Assembly (NCBI GenBank): GCA_035084275.1
Contig: CM068745.1
Coordinates: 7,440,001-7,504,000 of the forward strand
Direction of reading: 5' to 3'
DNA: 64,000 nt
Source of the DNA: Hydrolagus colliei
Taxonomy: Eukaryota
Position numbers and translations under genes: made by a program. The stretch's first letter is position 1. Each line of letters begins with the position of its first letter. Below are positions 11,353 to 24,526 of this stretch, piece by piece. The notes under the pieces were generated by a model. That model was not told the DNA's origin. It did not search any database and worked only from the letters and a program-made list of their open reading frames with translations.

Positions 11353-11510
11353 TGTCTTTCTCGGTCGCGCTCTCTCTCTTTCTCTCTCTGTGTGTCTCTC
11401 TCTCTCTTTCTCTGTGTCTCTCTCTCTCTGTTTGAGTCTCTGGGTGTCACAATCTCACTCACAGTCTTTCTCTGTCTCAGTCTCTTTCTCTTTAACTCTC
11501 TCTCCCTGCC
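11353..11510 (+). repeat. (TC)n-rich low-complexity repeat
   Basis: Imperfect TC/TG dinucleotide runs next to the gap. Confidence 0.9.
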
Positions 11511-14500
11511 TTCAGTAGCAGTGCTACCTTATGCCGTCGCTGATACACTGTAAATGTTAGCGCTGGGCGCTAGGCTAGACGCAAGGCATTACTAGGAACA
11601 ATTTTTTTCATATACGGAAACACAGTAGGCCTCGCTCTTAATGCAATTTTTGCTTAATTTTTTCGTTAAGTACCGGTAGGTTCTGGGGAAAATACTTTTT
11701 TTACTACAAAATACTGTTTTTAGCTTTCAGGAGGACTTTTTTGTTGTTAAAAAAGGTTGGCAGCTATGTTACCTGCTCATCAGGCTCAAAGGTTAAATTA
11801 GTTTAACGTCCTTAACTTATATTTCAATGTTTGACACTTTATCATCACAGAATAAACATTCTCATTTTTAAAATTCAATAATTCAACTGCCAATGATCTG
11901 GAACCAAGATAATCCCCAATTGAATTATAATGTTAAACTATAATTAACAGATTGAAATTGCATCTAGGTACATATTTAATCTATTGAAAACATTTCAGAT
12001 TTTACAGGATTTAGCAATTTCTCAATTATAATTTTTAAATTTTTAAGCCAGTTTTCTGAAAATTATTTTAAGAACTAAAGGAAACCAGCTTCAATTCATA
12101 TGTTGTAAATTTCTATGTTAATAGACTGAATAATAATAATAATTGCATTTGATACAGCTCTTTTTATATCTTATCGATGTCTCAAAGCGCTTCACAGAAT
12201 TTACTGTGAACTGAATTGACTGTGTATTTGTAGGCGAAATGCAGCAGCCAATTGTGCAATTGTGTCCCACAAACAGTCAAGGATTGAAATGACCAATTTT
12301 ATTATTGTGGTTTTGTTTGTAGGAATTATTATTAGGCATAAATCTAGACCCAGGGGCAGTTTATCCCAAATATTTCAGAACCTGACTTGTTCTTTCGCCT
12401 TTCTTTCTTTTAGTTATTTTCCCCATTGTTCCAGTCCAAGTCAATTAGTTTTGCCAGCCAAAACCAAAGAGCAAAGGGAATATTTTTTAGTTTCTGCAAG
12501 TGACATTCTGGAACTACTCATTATAGCAGCAGCCTTGTAAGAATAACGATTGCTTAATTTCCCACTGTACTGATCAGTTCTTTAATGATTCATGTATGGC
12601 TTTAAGATATCAAGAGCCTATGGCTCGGTGACTTTCCCCAGTACTCGGTTTGGATTTGCCACAAGATTTGGAATCTCAGCTGGAATAATTGGTCAATGTT
12701 TATTTTACAGTCTGCTTTTTATTGAAGCTTATGTTCAGTGTATTCTCCATTCCCTCTGATGGATGGCCAAGGTTGTGATAGCTATGTGAAACCACTAGTG
12801 GAAACCCATGCTGTAGTATTGGAATGGCATGGATACAAGCCATTCAACCCAAATAGTCTGTGACATGTTGTGACCAAAAATATTGGGAGTATCAGCACAC
12901 TAGACTCTTGCATGACATTGCTCCTTCTCCCCTCGCCTTCCAAACCATTTTCTATCTCTTGGAATGTAATAAAGTTACCCTGCTACTCATCTATGATATT
13001 GAAGATGTCACAGATCTAATGAATTGTACCATTTATCAATTAAATACATGTTCACTCTGCTAAACAAACAGAATTTCTATATAATTAGCACAGCAAATAC
13101 ATTGATTAGTTCTTTAAACATTAATATGTGGCTTTAAGAAATGAATTTCCGTGAGTTATATAATGTATATTTATGCTGAGTTTTGTTGGTGTCGTACAAG
13201 GATACATGTTTCCCTGGTGTCCTATAATCATTAGTAGATTTAACAATAATTCCTTCTCCAACAGTGAAACAGACAGACAAATGGTCATGCAAGTGTCAGA
13301 GGCCAGGCCAAGACTAATTAGTGTGCGCGTGTTTGCAATAATAGGTGGGTGTTAAATGCAGTTATAATGGCTACTGTAGGGGAAAAGTCATTAATGCCTT
13401 CTAGATCTTTAATTGTAGCTTTGATATGCCCACAATGATATGTTACTTTTTCTTAGAAAGATTGGTTATACTTATCCTCCTTTCATTCCCCGCTCGCTGT
13501 GCTCTTATGAGAATTTGCAGTATTTAATTTGAAAATGTGTAGTTATTGTAAAATTGTTTTCATAAACTCTGCATAAATAAATAAATAAGTTTAGAAAGTG
13601 ATTTACATGACGCCTAATTAAATTTTAAGTGTAGATTGAGCACTGATTTAGGTGAAACATTTTGATGTAGCCTGAACGTACAGGAGAATTGGAATGTTTT
13701 GAACTAGAAAAGATTATTCCAACCACTCATAGTACTGTACTGTCTGGCAACTTTTTCCACTGCTTGTCCAGCATGGATCACGCTGCCAGTTAGACCTTTG
13801 GTTTGCAGATTTAACAGGTGTTGAATGGGAAGATCCTCTGACTGGTCTGCTCTTCCAGGACCTGATGATGAGCCGGCCTAACTGTGTCTCCTTCAAGGTC
13901 CGTCTCCTCTTTGACCACTCCATCCCAGTCCAGTCTTCCTGAATCCAGCTCAGGTGTAAACCTTGACATGTCCTCCCAATGTAATCGACAGTCGTTAAAG
14001 TTGTGTAAGTTAATATTGTTTGAGCAAGTTCGAAGATTTTCATTGGGTTTGGAAGACCCAACTTCTTTCTGGGTTATTCATGATCCTGCAATGCAGATTA
14101 GTAATTTAATCTTCTTTTTAGAAGCGTGTTCCTATAAGATTGCATGAGAGTCCAATTGTTCATTGTGTGTATGTGTATAAACATACAAGTGTAAGGTTAT
14201 GCTTGTTGGCTTAGTTGAGGAGGGGCAGGAGGAGGCTCATGTGGAGCGTAAATGCCGGCATAGGCCAATTGGGCTGAATGGCCTGTTTCTGTGCTGTATA
14301 TTCTAAAGTAAATATATCAATTTTGGGGAGTTGTAAGCATCCATAGTGCTTGTGCTGTGATCAATCATGGGATTATGTGTTTTATATGTTACACGCTTCA
14401 GTTTTATGCATTTTGTATTCTTGATATCAGTTAGATGTTTTGCTTCACAATTTTACTCCATGAATAGTAGATGAACTAAATAGCCTATTTGATGATTTGT

Positions 14501-15010
14501 GACACTGGCATTTTCTTTAAGTTCAACTAAATGTATGTTTTTGGACTTACAAATAATAGTGATTTTAGCCAATTGATTTGGGGCTCCTAACATGTGATAT
14601 ATTAGCCAAATGTAGGCAAACAGCACAGTGACTAAAGACGATAATAATTTTTGTGTTTGCTAGAGTGCCTTATCATGTCTTCAGATGTATCAAGGCACTT
14701 CACGGAATAAGCTGCAAAGTGGATTGACTGTGTATTTTGTGGGCGAGATTTATCTGATTTATCTGCATTGAACTCGCTGGTTCACAGCTTGTAACATTGG
14801 ACATCCAGTTACTGAGACTGAATTATTTTTTTAAGTTAAGCTATTGTAAAGGTCGCTAGAAAGAGACTTCACCCAATACAGGTGTGTGGATTATAATTTT
14901 TTTATTATCATATACAATTTAAATGTTAATGTCTTAACACATACAATTATTGGATAGTTTTGTTACATTAACAACAATAACAACAAAATTACACCTATAG
15001 AGCACTCTTT

Positions 15011-15645
15011 ATCATAAGACCATAAGAATTAGGAGCAGGAGTAGGCCATTTGGCCCTTCGAGCCTGTCCCGCCATTCAATAAGATCATGGCTGATCTTCT
15101 GACCTAACTCTAATTACCTACCCCATCCCCATATCCCCTAATCCCTCTATTTTTAAAAAAATCTATCAGTCTCAGCCTTGAAAATGTTCAGGGACTGAGC
15201 ATCCACAGCCTTCTGGGGTAGTGAATTCCATAAATTGAGTGAAGACATGTTTCCTCAACTCCATTCTAAAAGGACCATTAATTTTAAGACTGTGATTAAT
15301 TTTAAGACGGTTATAGATTCTCCTACCAGGGGAAACAGTCCCTCAATATCTACTTTATCCAGCCCTTTAAGAATCTTATATGTTTCAATAAGATCCCCCC
15401 TAATTCTTCTGTACTCTAGAGAGTACAGCCCTAGTTTATTCAACCTATCCTCATAGGTCAGTCCCTTCATCCCAGGAACTAACCTAGTGAATCTATGCTG
15501 CACCCGCTCTAAGGCAAGTATGTCCTTTTTTAAATAAGGAGACCAAAACTGCACACAATACTCTAGGGGCAGTCTCACCAAAGCCCTATATAGTTGCAGC
15601 AGGACTTCCCTACTCTTGTACTCTAAACCTTTTGAAATGAACACT
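15011..15645 (-). mobile_element. CR1 LINE 3' fragment
   Basis: ORF 15255..15839 has [20 protein letters not shown]...[10 protein letters not shown]...[11 protein letters not shown]; tail CTTATGGTCTTATGAT. Confidence 0.92.
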
Positions 15646-16001
15646 AATACCAATAATACCAATCCTTGCAGTTGATATGGCTCCTTATCACGTCTTTGAG
15701 ACATCTCAAAATGTTTCACAGGATATGCAGTCAAGTGTAGTGACTGTACATTAAATAGAACAATTAAAAATGTAAATAAATAATAATGAGGAATAAAACA
15801 GTACACAGTGTCACACAGCAAATATTTAACTATCAGCACAGATTAATAGTTTTGCTGATACTCTTGTATCGACAAACAACTGACCTCCAATATATAGGCG
15901 AATAAGTGATCATATACATAACACAGTTACAATTAAATTTTTCTAAACGGGAAATAAATATTTCTCTTTGTGATTACTTTACCTGAAGCTTGTTATCACA
16001 G
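15011..16001 (-). repeat. ~1-kb inverted duplicate, copy A (CR1 3' end, SINE tail, apparently unique DNA)
   Basis: Reverse complement of 59893-60906 along its whole length, including the non-CR1 part. Confidence 0.93.
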
Positions 16002-17317
16002 ATTCAATGAAACCGATGTTACCCGATTCCAATGGGGAAGTCGCTGATGACCAGCTGCCTCACATTTGTTCCTCATATAAAGATTCCTTTTTTTACCCCA
16101 AAGCCACATCTTTCTTTCAAGTGTTTCTTACCCCCAATTTAGCCCATGTGACCTTTAAAATCAATCATGGAATTCAAAGATTATTATTTGGTCCAATCAA
16201 ATCCTTATCCACAAGGTTCCCTGTGGACTATCTCGGTTTAATCTAAGGAATGTGAGAGTTCAAATGTGTGAAAAGTTTGATTCAACCATCAATTATCCTT
16301 CCTTGACACCTTCATGTCGTAATGATCTTTCAAAATCTCATCCAAGCAGACTAGAGCTCTTTAAGCACTCTGAGATGCCGTCTGGCGTGGAGGGCGCTGT
16401 ATAAATCGATGTTGTTGTAGAAGGAACCAAGAGTTCCAATTAATCAGGACAACGTCAGGTTAACTTGAAGCCACACATTTCTGATCACATGAATGTTGAC
16501 ATTTGGATCTTCTTCATTGATCGTGGAATTTTTGTATCAGCACAATGTCAATTTTATTGACCTGAGATAAGACTGTTAGGTACCATCCGTCCAAATATGG
16601 AAAGGAACAACACCTATTCATCAAATCTTCATCAACACAATCACAGAACTCACTCCATTTGGTTCAAATTTTCTCTTACATCCCATAAAACCATTTAAGA
16701 TTGCTCCAGTTCTTATACACACCCTGGACATCAAACAATGACTTCCACCATATTCTTACACCATTGCTTCATTCATCAAGTCTTCAATGTTGTCCGTCAA
16801 CCATCACTTCAGTGCACATTGCTAGTTCACAGCCAACTCATTGTCACATTATTACATTACTGAAGTGGGGGAAAGCTTGTTAATTCCCCCAATTCCCATC
16901 CAATTTACACCGTTGGCTATTGATTACCTAACTGTGCAGTTACACATTTGTAAGCCATTTCTCTTCATGTGATCCAATAAGTATTTTGAACAGATTGAGT
17001 AAATTTCAGGAGAGGTTTGTGAATAACCTTGACCGCTAATGGAATAAAGGAAACAAGGAGTACGTTCTTTGGTGTTCCCATTGAGCCGAGTTGTCAACCA
17101 TGTCAGGAAAATCTTTGTGTAAGATTTTGTTAGGCATTTACTAGCCAGAGGATGGCAGAATTGTTGTTGCATAAATTACCATACAATATTACTAGTGAAT
17201 GCTACTGCAGAAATTTATGTTGTTATAATCTTTGAAGCAAACCAGCTAACTCTCCAAAAACAGCATTTGGTATCCATATCTCTTTCTTCTTGAAGCTTTT
17301 TTTTAAAATTTATGTTA

Positions 17318-17382
17318 CATACATACGTACATACATACATACGATCGATCGATCGATTGATCGATCGATCGATTGATTGATT
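17318..17382. repeat. Compound tetranucleotide microsatellite (TACA)n-(GATC)n-(GATT)n
   Basis: Directly visible. Confidence 0.9.
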
Positions 17383-17457
17383 TACAAATGGATTGTAAAC
17401 TTGTGGTCAAAGAGATGGATCTTTTGGTGGGATTTAAAGCTAGAAAGAGGTGCCGGA

Positions 17458-18165
17458 TAACAACAACAAAATTGCACTTAATATAGCGTCTTTCACGTCG
17501 GGAGGACGTCCCAAAGTGCTGAATGGTCAGGTCGGGACCCGAACGGTGTGGGGAGTGGGGGGGAGAGGGTCGGGGGAGGGGAAAGGAGAGGGGGAAGAGT
17601 TAGTGGGGGAGCCGAAGGCGCGATCGAAAGGAAAGTCTTGAGTCCTTGAGGCGGTCCAAAGGAAGGTCTTGAGAGGAAAGGGAGGAAGCAAGGCAGAGGG
17701 GCTGCGGGATGGAGTTCCACAGTGCGGGAGCAGAGAGGCTGAAAGCCCGGCTGCCGATGGTTGGGCGGTTAGGGCAGTGGACGCGGAGCAGGCTTGAGTC
17801 TGCTTAACAGAGGGAGCGGGCAGGTTGAATGGCCTTGAAGGTGAGGACGAGGATCTTAAATTCGATCCTCTGGGGGATGGGGAGCCAGTAGAGATGGGCG
17901 AGGGTGGGAGTGATGTGGTCGCGGAGCCTCGTGCGGGAAAGTATAGAAGCTGCAGAGTTCTGGATGTTCTGCAGCCTGTGAGGGGGAGGAGCTGGGAAGG
18001 CCGACAAGGAGAGAGTTCCCGTAGTCGAGCCTAGATGTGATGAAGGCGTGTATAAGTGTTTTGGCGGCATGGGGGCGTGAGGTAGTGGTGGAATCTGGCA
18101 ATATTGCGGAGGTGGTGGAAGGCTGCACCGGTCATGGAGCGGATATGAGGGAGGAAGGACAGAAG
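17458..18165 (-). mobile_element. L2 LINE 3' fragment (second subfamily)
   Basis: ORFs with LIHAFITSRLDYGNSLLVGLP and LYWLPIPQRIEFKILVLTFKA; tail TAGCGTCTTTCACGTCGGGAGGACGTCCC. Confidence 0.88.
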
Positions 18166-19898
18166 GATTGATGAACGAGTTTCAGAGAATAGGGGTGTAG
18201 TGGCTAATAGTTTGGATGACAATGGTGGCACAAAGTTTTGGCGGTCAAACAGCAGATCTGTGTTAGCTATGTGAAGTGGCAGGCAGGGTAGTGGGCTGAG
18301 GAACGTGGAAGTCAAGGCTAGACAGAGAGCCTGTGAAACTTGCTGAGGATTGGGATGAATACAGATTGAATAACAAAAAGTATAATTCTCCTTTAATTTA
18401 AAAACAATCCTGAAACGTTATTTTTTAATAATGTGTGTGGACATTTCCTCTTGTATCTATGTACAAAAATCAAATGGCATTTCTGGCATTGAGATTGAAG
18501 TACATGTTTTTCAGCCGCAGCCCATTGCAGTGTACTTTGTAAAGATGTATCTCTTCCCTCTGCCTCCACAGAAGTAATAGTTGTAGTCAATGATTTTTTT
18601 CTTCGCATTTTTAAAATCACAATTGGAGCTGCAATGCTCTTTTATGCAGTCGAGTGTACACAGTTTCAAAGAAGTATGTCAGTCTCTATCTATAATGATA
18701 TGTAATACACCACAGGCTCATAATGTCTCAAAGAGTTTAATGCTGTCAAGTTTGTGACTATGTAAGTGTGGGCAAATGTAACACATCAAGATCTCACAAA
18801 CAGCCAGAAGGTGAGGAGCCAATTTATCTGGGGAAATGTTTGGAGAAAGTCTCTTCTCTTTTCCACTAGTGCCATGAGATGCCCATTTACAAAGGGCTTG
18901 ATGCTATGATTGGAGGGCGTTAAGGTCAAGATTTTCAAAGGATGAAATTTAATGATGTTTTGCTGCCCAACCTCTCGTCAATGGAGATAATTTTCAAGCT
19001 GAAAGTTGTGACAATCTCTAAATGATAACACTCTCCAGATTTCTGTAAAAAGCTTCTGTGAGGCATGGAAAGGTTATTGGTAATCCTGAAACCATTGCAT
19101 CGCTGCCTCAGTAGGGTGCAAGGTGTTGGCTAAAACCCAAGACTGCAATTTTCTTAGAGATTGTGGTCTCTGCTCTAGCTCAAATATTTTGTTCTCTTCG
19201 TATTGGCTATCATCCAACAGAGATTGCAAATAGTAATTCCAAAAAGTCCTTTAAATAGACATCCTTTTCAAATTGTTTAGATGAACTAATTTCACTGTAC
19301 TACTATCTGTTTAAAACATAACTAAGTATTATTCATGGAATTAATTCTTACCACTTTCAATGTTTTGCAATTTCCCTTTTGAGACAGATGGAGAGAAATT
19401 TCATTTAGGTCCAGACTTACCCTCTTAAAGTAATATTCTCGTGTCCAAAATGTTATGCGTTCTTTAATAGTTTTAGTATTGAAACTGGTTTCCTCTAAAT
19501 TATTTTAAGAACTAAGGAACAACGACTTCAAAACTGTGCCTAAATTCAATAATTTGCCAAATTCTGGCCTTCTAAAACATTTAAGTGAGTTTAGACTTTC
19601 CTCATCTGTTAAATGTTTAGACTTTCTTCATCACTTTAAGCTCTAATGTGTCTATTATATCTGAGAAGGACATTGATGATATGACCCTTTTTGAAGCAGA
19701 TTTAATCTCTGATAATGCTTCTTGTTTGCAATTATTTCTACCAGTTTACAGTGCTTGTTGCCTCTTTTACTTGCTGACCCATAAGTGTTTGTAGCAGTTC
19801 TATTACTTGCTTGAATGTGTGTTTAACTAATGTTAATTCTAATAGTTCATATCAATTAGGTGACCTAAGTTAAACGACACTACAATTGCCCTGCCAAA

Positions 19899-20224
19899 CC
19901 TGTAGCTCAGTGGTTAAAGCGCTCACCTTACAAGCGTGAGCCCTGTGTTCGAATCCAGGCAGATCAGGCCAAAACCTTGAGCAAGCTTCCTTACTCCACA
20001 TGTCTAATAATAATCCATCCCTCCAAAAAACAGAATAATAAAAATCGTTAATTTCTAGCCACAACTGTTTGTTGGACACTGCTGTGTGCAATTGGCTGTT
20101 GCATTTTCCCCACAAATATACAGTCACTTCACTTTATAGTATATTTTGTGAAGCGCTTTGAGACGTCGAAGATGTGAAAAGTGCTATTTCAAATGCAAGG
20201 ATTATTATTATTATTATTTATTAT
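19899..20224 (+). mobile_element. tRNA-derived SINE, near full length
   Basis: TGTAGCTCAGTGGTT...GTTCGAATCC (A/B boxes) to (ATT)n tail; a second tail fragment follows at ~20330-20470. Confidence 0.9.
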
Positions 20225-21057
20225 ATTAGAACAGCAGTTGGAGCCAATTGACATATGTGGCAACTATGCGTGCATTTTAATCTAACCGATTACCATCCAG
20301 TGGATAACCTAAATTATATTTAACCTAATTGCTGTGCACAATTGGCTGCCACGTTTTGCCCACAACTATACAGTCAATTCACTTAATAGTATATTCTGTA
20401 AATTGTTTTGAGGTGTCTAGAAGACATGAAAAGTGCTATATCAAATGCAAAGAGTATTATTATTATTATATTTAAAAGTGGTATTTGCAGATAGCCTTCA
20501 ATATGTTAATTGTGACTTCTGGTTGTGAATATTGACAGCCATTTGTGATGTTTGTAAAATCAACAATTAAAATTCCAAACGCCGACCAAATCTCTACTCG
20601 ATTTCTCAATTAATTTTCTTAACAATGATAATTATTTTTGTGAACGATTTCCTGAAGTGGAGGAACAGACAGAAGCTGTGACATCCCATCTTATATCTCA
20701 CCTTCTGCCTGATTTCTGTGTTCCAGATTATGAGTGCACTTGTTTTCTGAAGCTGAAGTTAATGTGCATTTGACAGGCCACTGACCTGAAATGATCTCTC
20801 GATTTTGAGTACTGATCTGAAATGAATTGAATAATTGACAAGTTCAGATCAATTTGGAAAAGTATAGATTTGACCAAATTCAAACAGACATACTTTTGAC
20901 CTTTCCTATTATTGCTTATTAGAGAGTGATATTTTTGCAGACAGGGACCAATTTGTCTCCTGACAATCTTTGAATTTGATATAGCACCTATCATGTCAAT
21001 TACTTAGTGTGCTTCAAAATGTACAGAAATTGCTGTTAGGTGTACATTCAGAGATAA

Positions 21058-21364
21058 GAATAATCCTTGCATTTAATGTTGCACCTTATTGCATCTTCTA
21101 GACTTTTCAAAGTGCTTCACAGGATATACTGTAAAGTGAATTGACTGTATCACGGCAACAACAGCAACAAAATTACATGTTTAGAGTGCCTTTCATGTCG
21201 GGAGGACATCCCAAGGCACTGTGGCAGCCAATCATGCACAAACAGTCGTGGATTGAAATGACCAAGTTAAGGAAAGTTGCCCGAGGTTTCACTCTTCCAG
21301 GAATCAAACCCAGGTTTCTTGCTTGTAAGATGAATGCTCTTAACTACTGAGCTACAGGACTCCA
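21058..21364 (-). mobile_element. tRNA-derived SINE, rearranged
   Basis: Tail AATAATCCTTGCATTT at the left, head CTGAGCTACAGGACTCC at the right, short L2 tail inside. Confidence 0.75.
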
Positions 21365-21542
21365 CATGAATCTGTCAGCTACTTTTTGCAGAGTCATTGC
21401 CCCATAAACATCTAGGAGATACGTGACCAATTTATGCAGAGGATTGTTGGCTAGAATACTGGGAGAAACTCCCTTTTATTTATTCCAAATATTGTCAAGA
21501 TTCTTTAACATCGCTTCATCATACCCAGACTTGACTACACTG

Positions 21543-21682
21543 ACAAAAACGCAAAATACTGCTGATGCTGGAAATCTGAAACAAAAACAGAAATCGCTGG
21601 GAACACTCAGAAATTCAGGCAGTATCTATGGAGAAAGAAAAAGTGAGTCAATGTTTCTGGTCCATAATCCTTCGTCAGAACT
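21543..21682 (-). mobile_element. Short PLE pseudo-LTR copy
   Basis: Similar to 7312-7449; boundary at GTCAGAACT, the hammerhead 5' edge. Confidence 0.8.
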
Positions 21683-21714
21683 GACAGAATCTGCTCGCTG
21701 GACTTCCCAATTTT

Positions 21715-22558
21715 CCTCTCCTTAAGATGCAGACCATCCAAAATTCTGAAGCTTGTGTCCTCTCCCACACTCAGCTTCATGAGCCTATTATCCCCATCCG
21801 CACCCGGCTCCATTGGGTCCCCATCCCCGAGAGGATTGAGTTCAAGATCCATGTCCTCACTTTCAAGGTCATTCATGGTTTTACTCTTCTCTGCCTCTGC
21901 AACCTATGAAAACCACTCCCTCTGCTCAGCAGGCATTTGCATGGTTCATGTCCCCTACCCCACCATCGATAGGGCAGTCCAGCTTTTAGCCTTTCTGCCA
22001 CCAGTCTCTGGAATTCTATCATGAAGTTCTTCCACCTCACCACTTCCACTGCATCATTCAAGGGCCGTGTCACGACTTTCTGTGACTTTCTCCAACCCTC
22101 AGTCATCTTTCTTCCACCTCTCCCTCCCCAAATCCAACCCCTCGGGATGTTCTCCCAACATGAAAGGCACTAAACAAATGCAATTTATTATTGTTGTTAA
22201 TAGACCTAATCAATTCTTGGTCAACTTTTCATCTGAAGGACAGGTGAAACTTAAAGTAAAAACTTGTATTTTTACCCTCCTCCACCGCCTCTCCTCTTAC
22301 TTCAACCTTCATGGCCCTGTCCTTGACTGGTTCATATTCTATCTTTCGCACAGTCTCCACTTTGTCTCCATGAACAGCTTCTCTTCCAGCCCCCGGACCA
22401 ACAAGTGCAGTGTTTCTCAGGGATCTGCTCTTGGTTCTCTCCTCTTCAACATCAATATCTACCTGCTACCTTTTGGTGAGTTTATCCACAGACATGGGTC
22501 AACTTCCACATTTTTGCAGATGACACCCAATTGTATCTCTCTGCCTCCACTCTCAATT
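21715..22558 (+). mobile_element. Two degraded L2 fragments
   Basis: LHWVPIPERIEFKI (21727..21909) with tail at ~22198; upstream RT piece SVSQGSALGSLLFNI at ~22272-22558. Confidence 0.8.
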
Positions 22559-22585
22559 CCAGGACCAAAATCGACGAACAACTGG

Positions 22586-23112
22586 GTTGCTGCTTATTGC
22601 TAGATAAACAGAGGTGTGTGGAGTAAGGAAACTTGCCTGATATTTTGTCCTGCCGGGAATCAAAGCCAGGTCATTCACTTGCAAGGCGAGTGCTCTAACC
22701 ACTGAGGTACAGAACTCGATAAACATCTTCACACATGTAACATATTTTGAAAGTGGAATGGTGATAGGAACACACATTCTTTGACTGAATTTACAAACCT
22801 CTCATTGAACACACACTTTGAGGAAATATTCTACCTGTTTCTAGACATAGATATTTTTCTTAGCATTTTGGAATGCATATATTTTTCACTATTAGTAAAT
22901 TTCAATCTTAATTTTTAACCTGCTTTCAAAGAACCTGAACTAGAGTATGAGCCTTGACTGAACTCAAAATTCCAATGTGAGACTTGAACCTATAGCCTTC
23001 TCCCTCCGAGGCAAGAATGTTTCCATGTAATCAAGGCTGTTGCCTCACTATCGAGATTAGAGAGCAGGTTTATCCAATAGCCTAACCATCTTGAGAACTC
23101 ATTTGTGTGCAG
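22586..23112 (+). repeat. Direct segmental duplicate, copy B (probable donor)
   Basis: Collinear with 6765-7249 and contains two short segments absent from copy A. Confidence 0.92.
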
Positions 23113-23810
23113 ACTATGCATGTTTCAAACCTTGGCTAATCCCATCTATCTTTTTATTAAAATATGGAAAATATAAAAGAATTTAGGTCTGAATTTCTAA
23201 ACTGATGATATATGGTGGATGGGCTGTCACAATGTCCAAACGTGACCTATATCTGTGGTTATCTGTCTCCCTCAATCTATTGCGTGTCCGTGCAAGGAGT
23301 CTGTGAATTATTTAGACGTTATGGGTATTATTTAATGATGCATTTTTCTAATATAATTTTTGCCTAGCTAATAACAATCACCACATTTCCAAAGGAACTA
23401 ATTGCCACATCTCTTTGGAGACATTTCAATGTGTTCAGTTTTAAAATGAAATACACATGTTATTTCATCATTTTGACTTGTTTTTATTCTGTACTAGTTA
23501 CTCCTTTGCCTTAGTATTCATAACTGTACTTTTTGGCAAATTCATATAGATTGGATTTAAATGCAGTTTTGCAATGCATTCTTGCTTGACGTAAATGTTC
23601 ATTGATCTGGAAAGAAGAGCAAATTTGTAGTGTTGAAGATGAGAGAAGCTATTTCAGTATATATTTGCACTGAGGGTGAGCTGTAAAGCACCAGTAACCA
23701 TTTTCCCCACTCTCTATATATATATATATTGATAGTCGTGGGCTTCCAACTGAAATAAACAAAAATCTTAATAAAATGAAGAAAGGGTAGTGAAAGCGTA
23801 ATTAAAACTG

Positions 23811-23933
23811 ACATCACAAATAAAATCCTTACACCTAGCCACTGACAAAAATAGAAATCCTTCAAAATGTTAAGAGTGTTTCACTGCTCCACTGTGTGTA
23901 AGAGAGATGACAACCAACCTGAAAACACAGCAA
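23811..23933 (+). repeat. 123-bp inverted repeat, left arm
   Basis: Reverse complement of 24527-24649 with one mismatch seen. Confidence 0.95.
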
Positions 23934-24526
23934 CAATTCACTGCCATTTAGAAACCTAAGTAAAATACCAGCTGAAACAATCACTAGTATAGTTTAAAAA
24001 CTGCAACACAGAGCAGCCCCATTAAGTTTATTACTGACAATAGTTCTCATATTTAACAATAATAATGATCCTTCCATTTGATATAGCGCCTTATCACCTT
24101 GATGTGTTAAAGTGCTTCACAGGAATTTCCAGTGAAGGGACTATAGATTTGTAGGCAAATCAGGCAACAATTTTTTTTATATGAAATATATCAAATGGCA
24201 TTAAATAAGATTTTTTTTCAATTCTGGTGGTTGAATTTAATATGATAAGTATTAATGGTTTCATTGGGAAGGTACATGAGCAAAATGCAGCCAGGTTGAA
24301 ATGCCTCAAATGGACACATTCTGTGGTACCCACAGTCTGTGCCTGATGGTGGGCTGCGGTGGGGGGGGGGGGGGGGGGGGAAGAGGAGACAGTGGCTTTT
24401 ATGGGTACAAATCATTTCCTCACTAGTGATTCGCGATTCAGCTTCAAAACGATGAAAGTTGAAGTGTTCTGTGGCAAATCAGTTCAGCTACACGGTTGTA
24501 AGGAGTCAGCGTTCATTTGAACCTAT

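Larger units (their letters stand above)
10994..11768. mobile_element. Non-autonomous DNA transposon (hAT/Tip100-like TIRs) spanning the gap
   Basis: Termini CAGAGCTGCCAACC and GGTTGGCAGCTATG are inverted (13/14). No clean 8-bp TSD seen. Confidence 0.6.

Noticed and set aside
10959-11553. ORFs of 167 and 161 aa
   Set aside because: Artefacts of reading through Ns and TC repeats.
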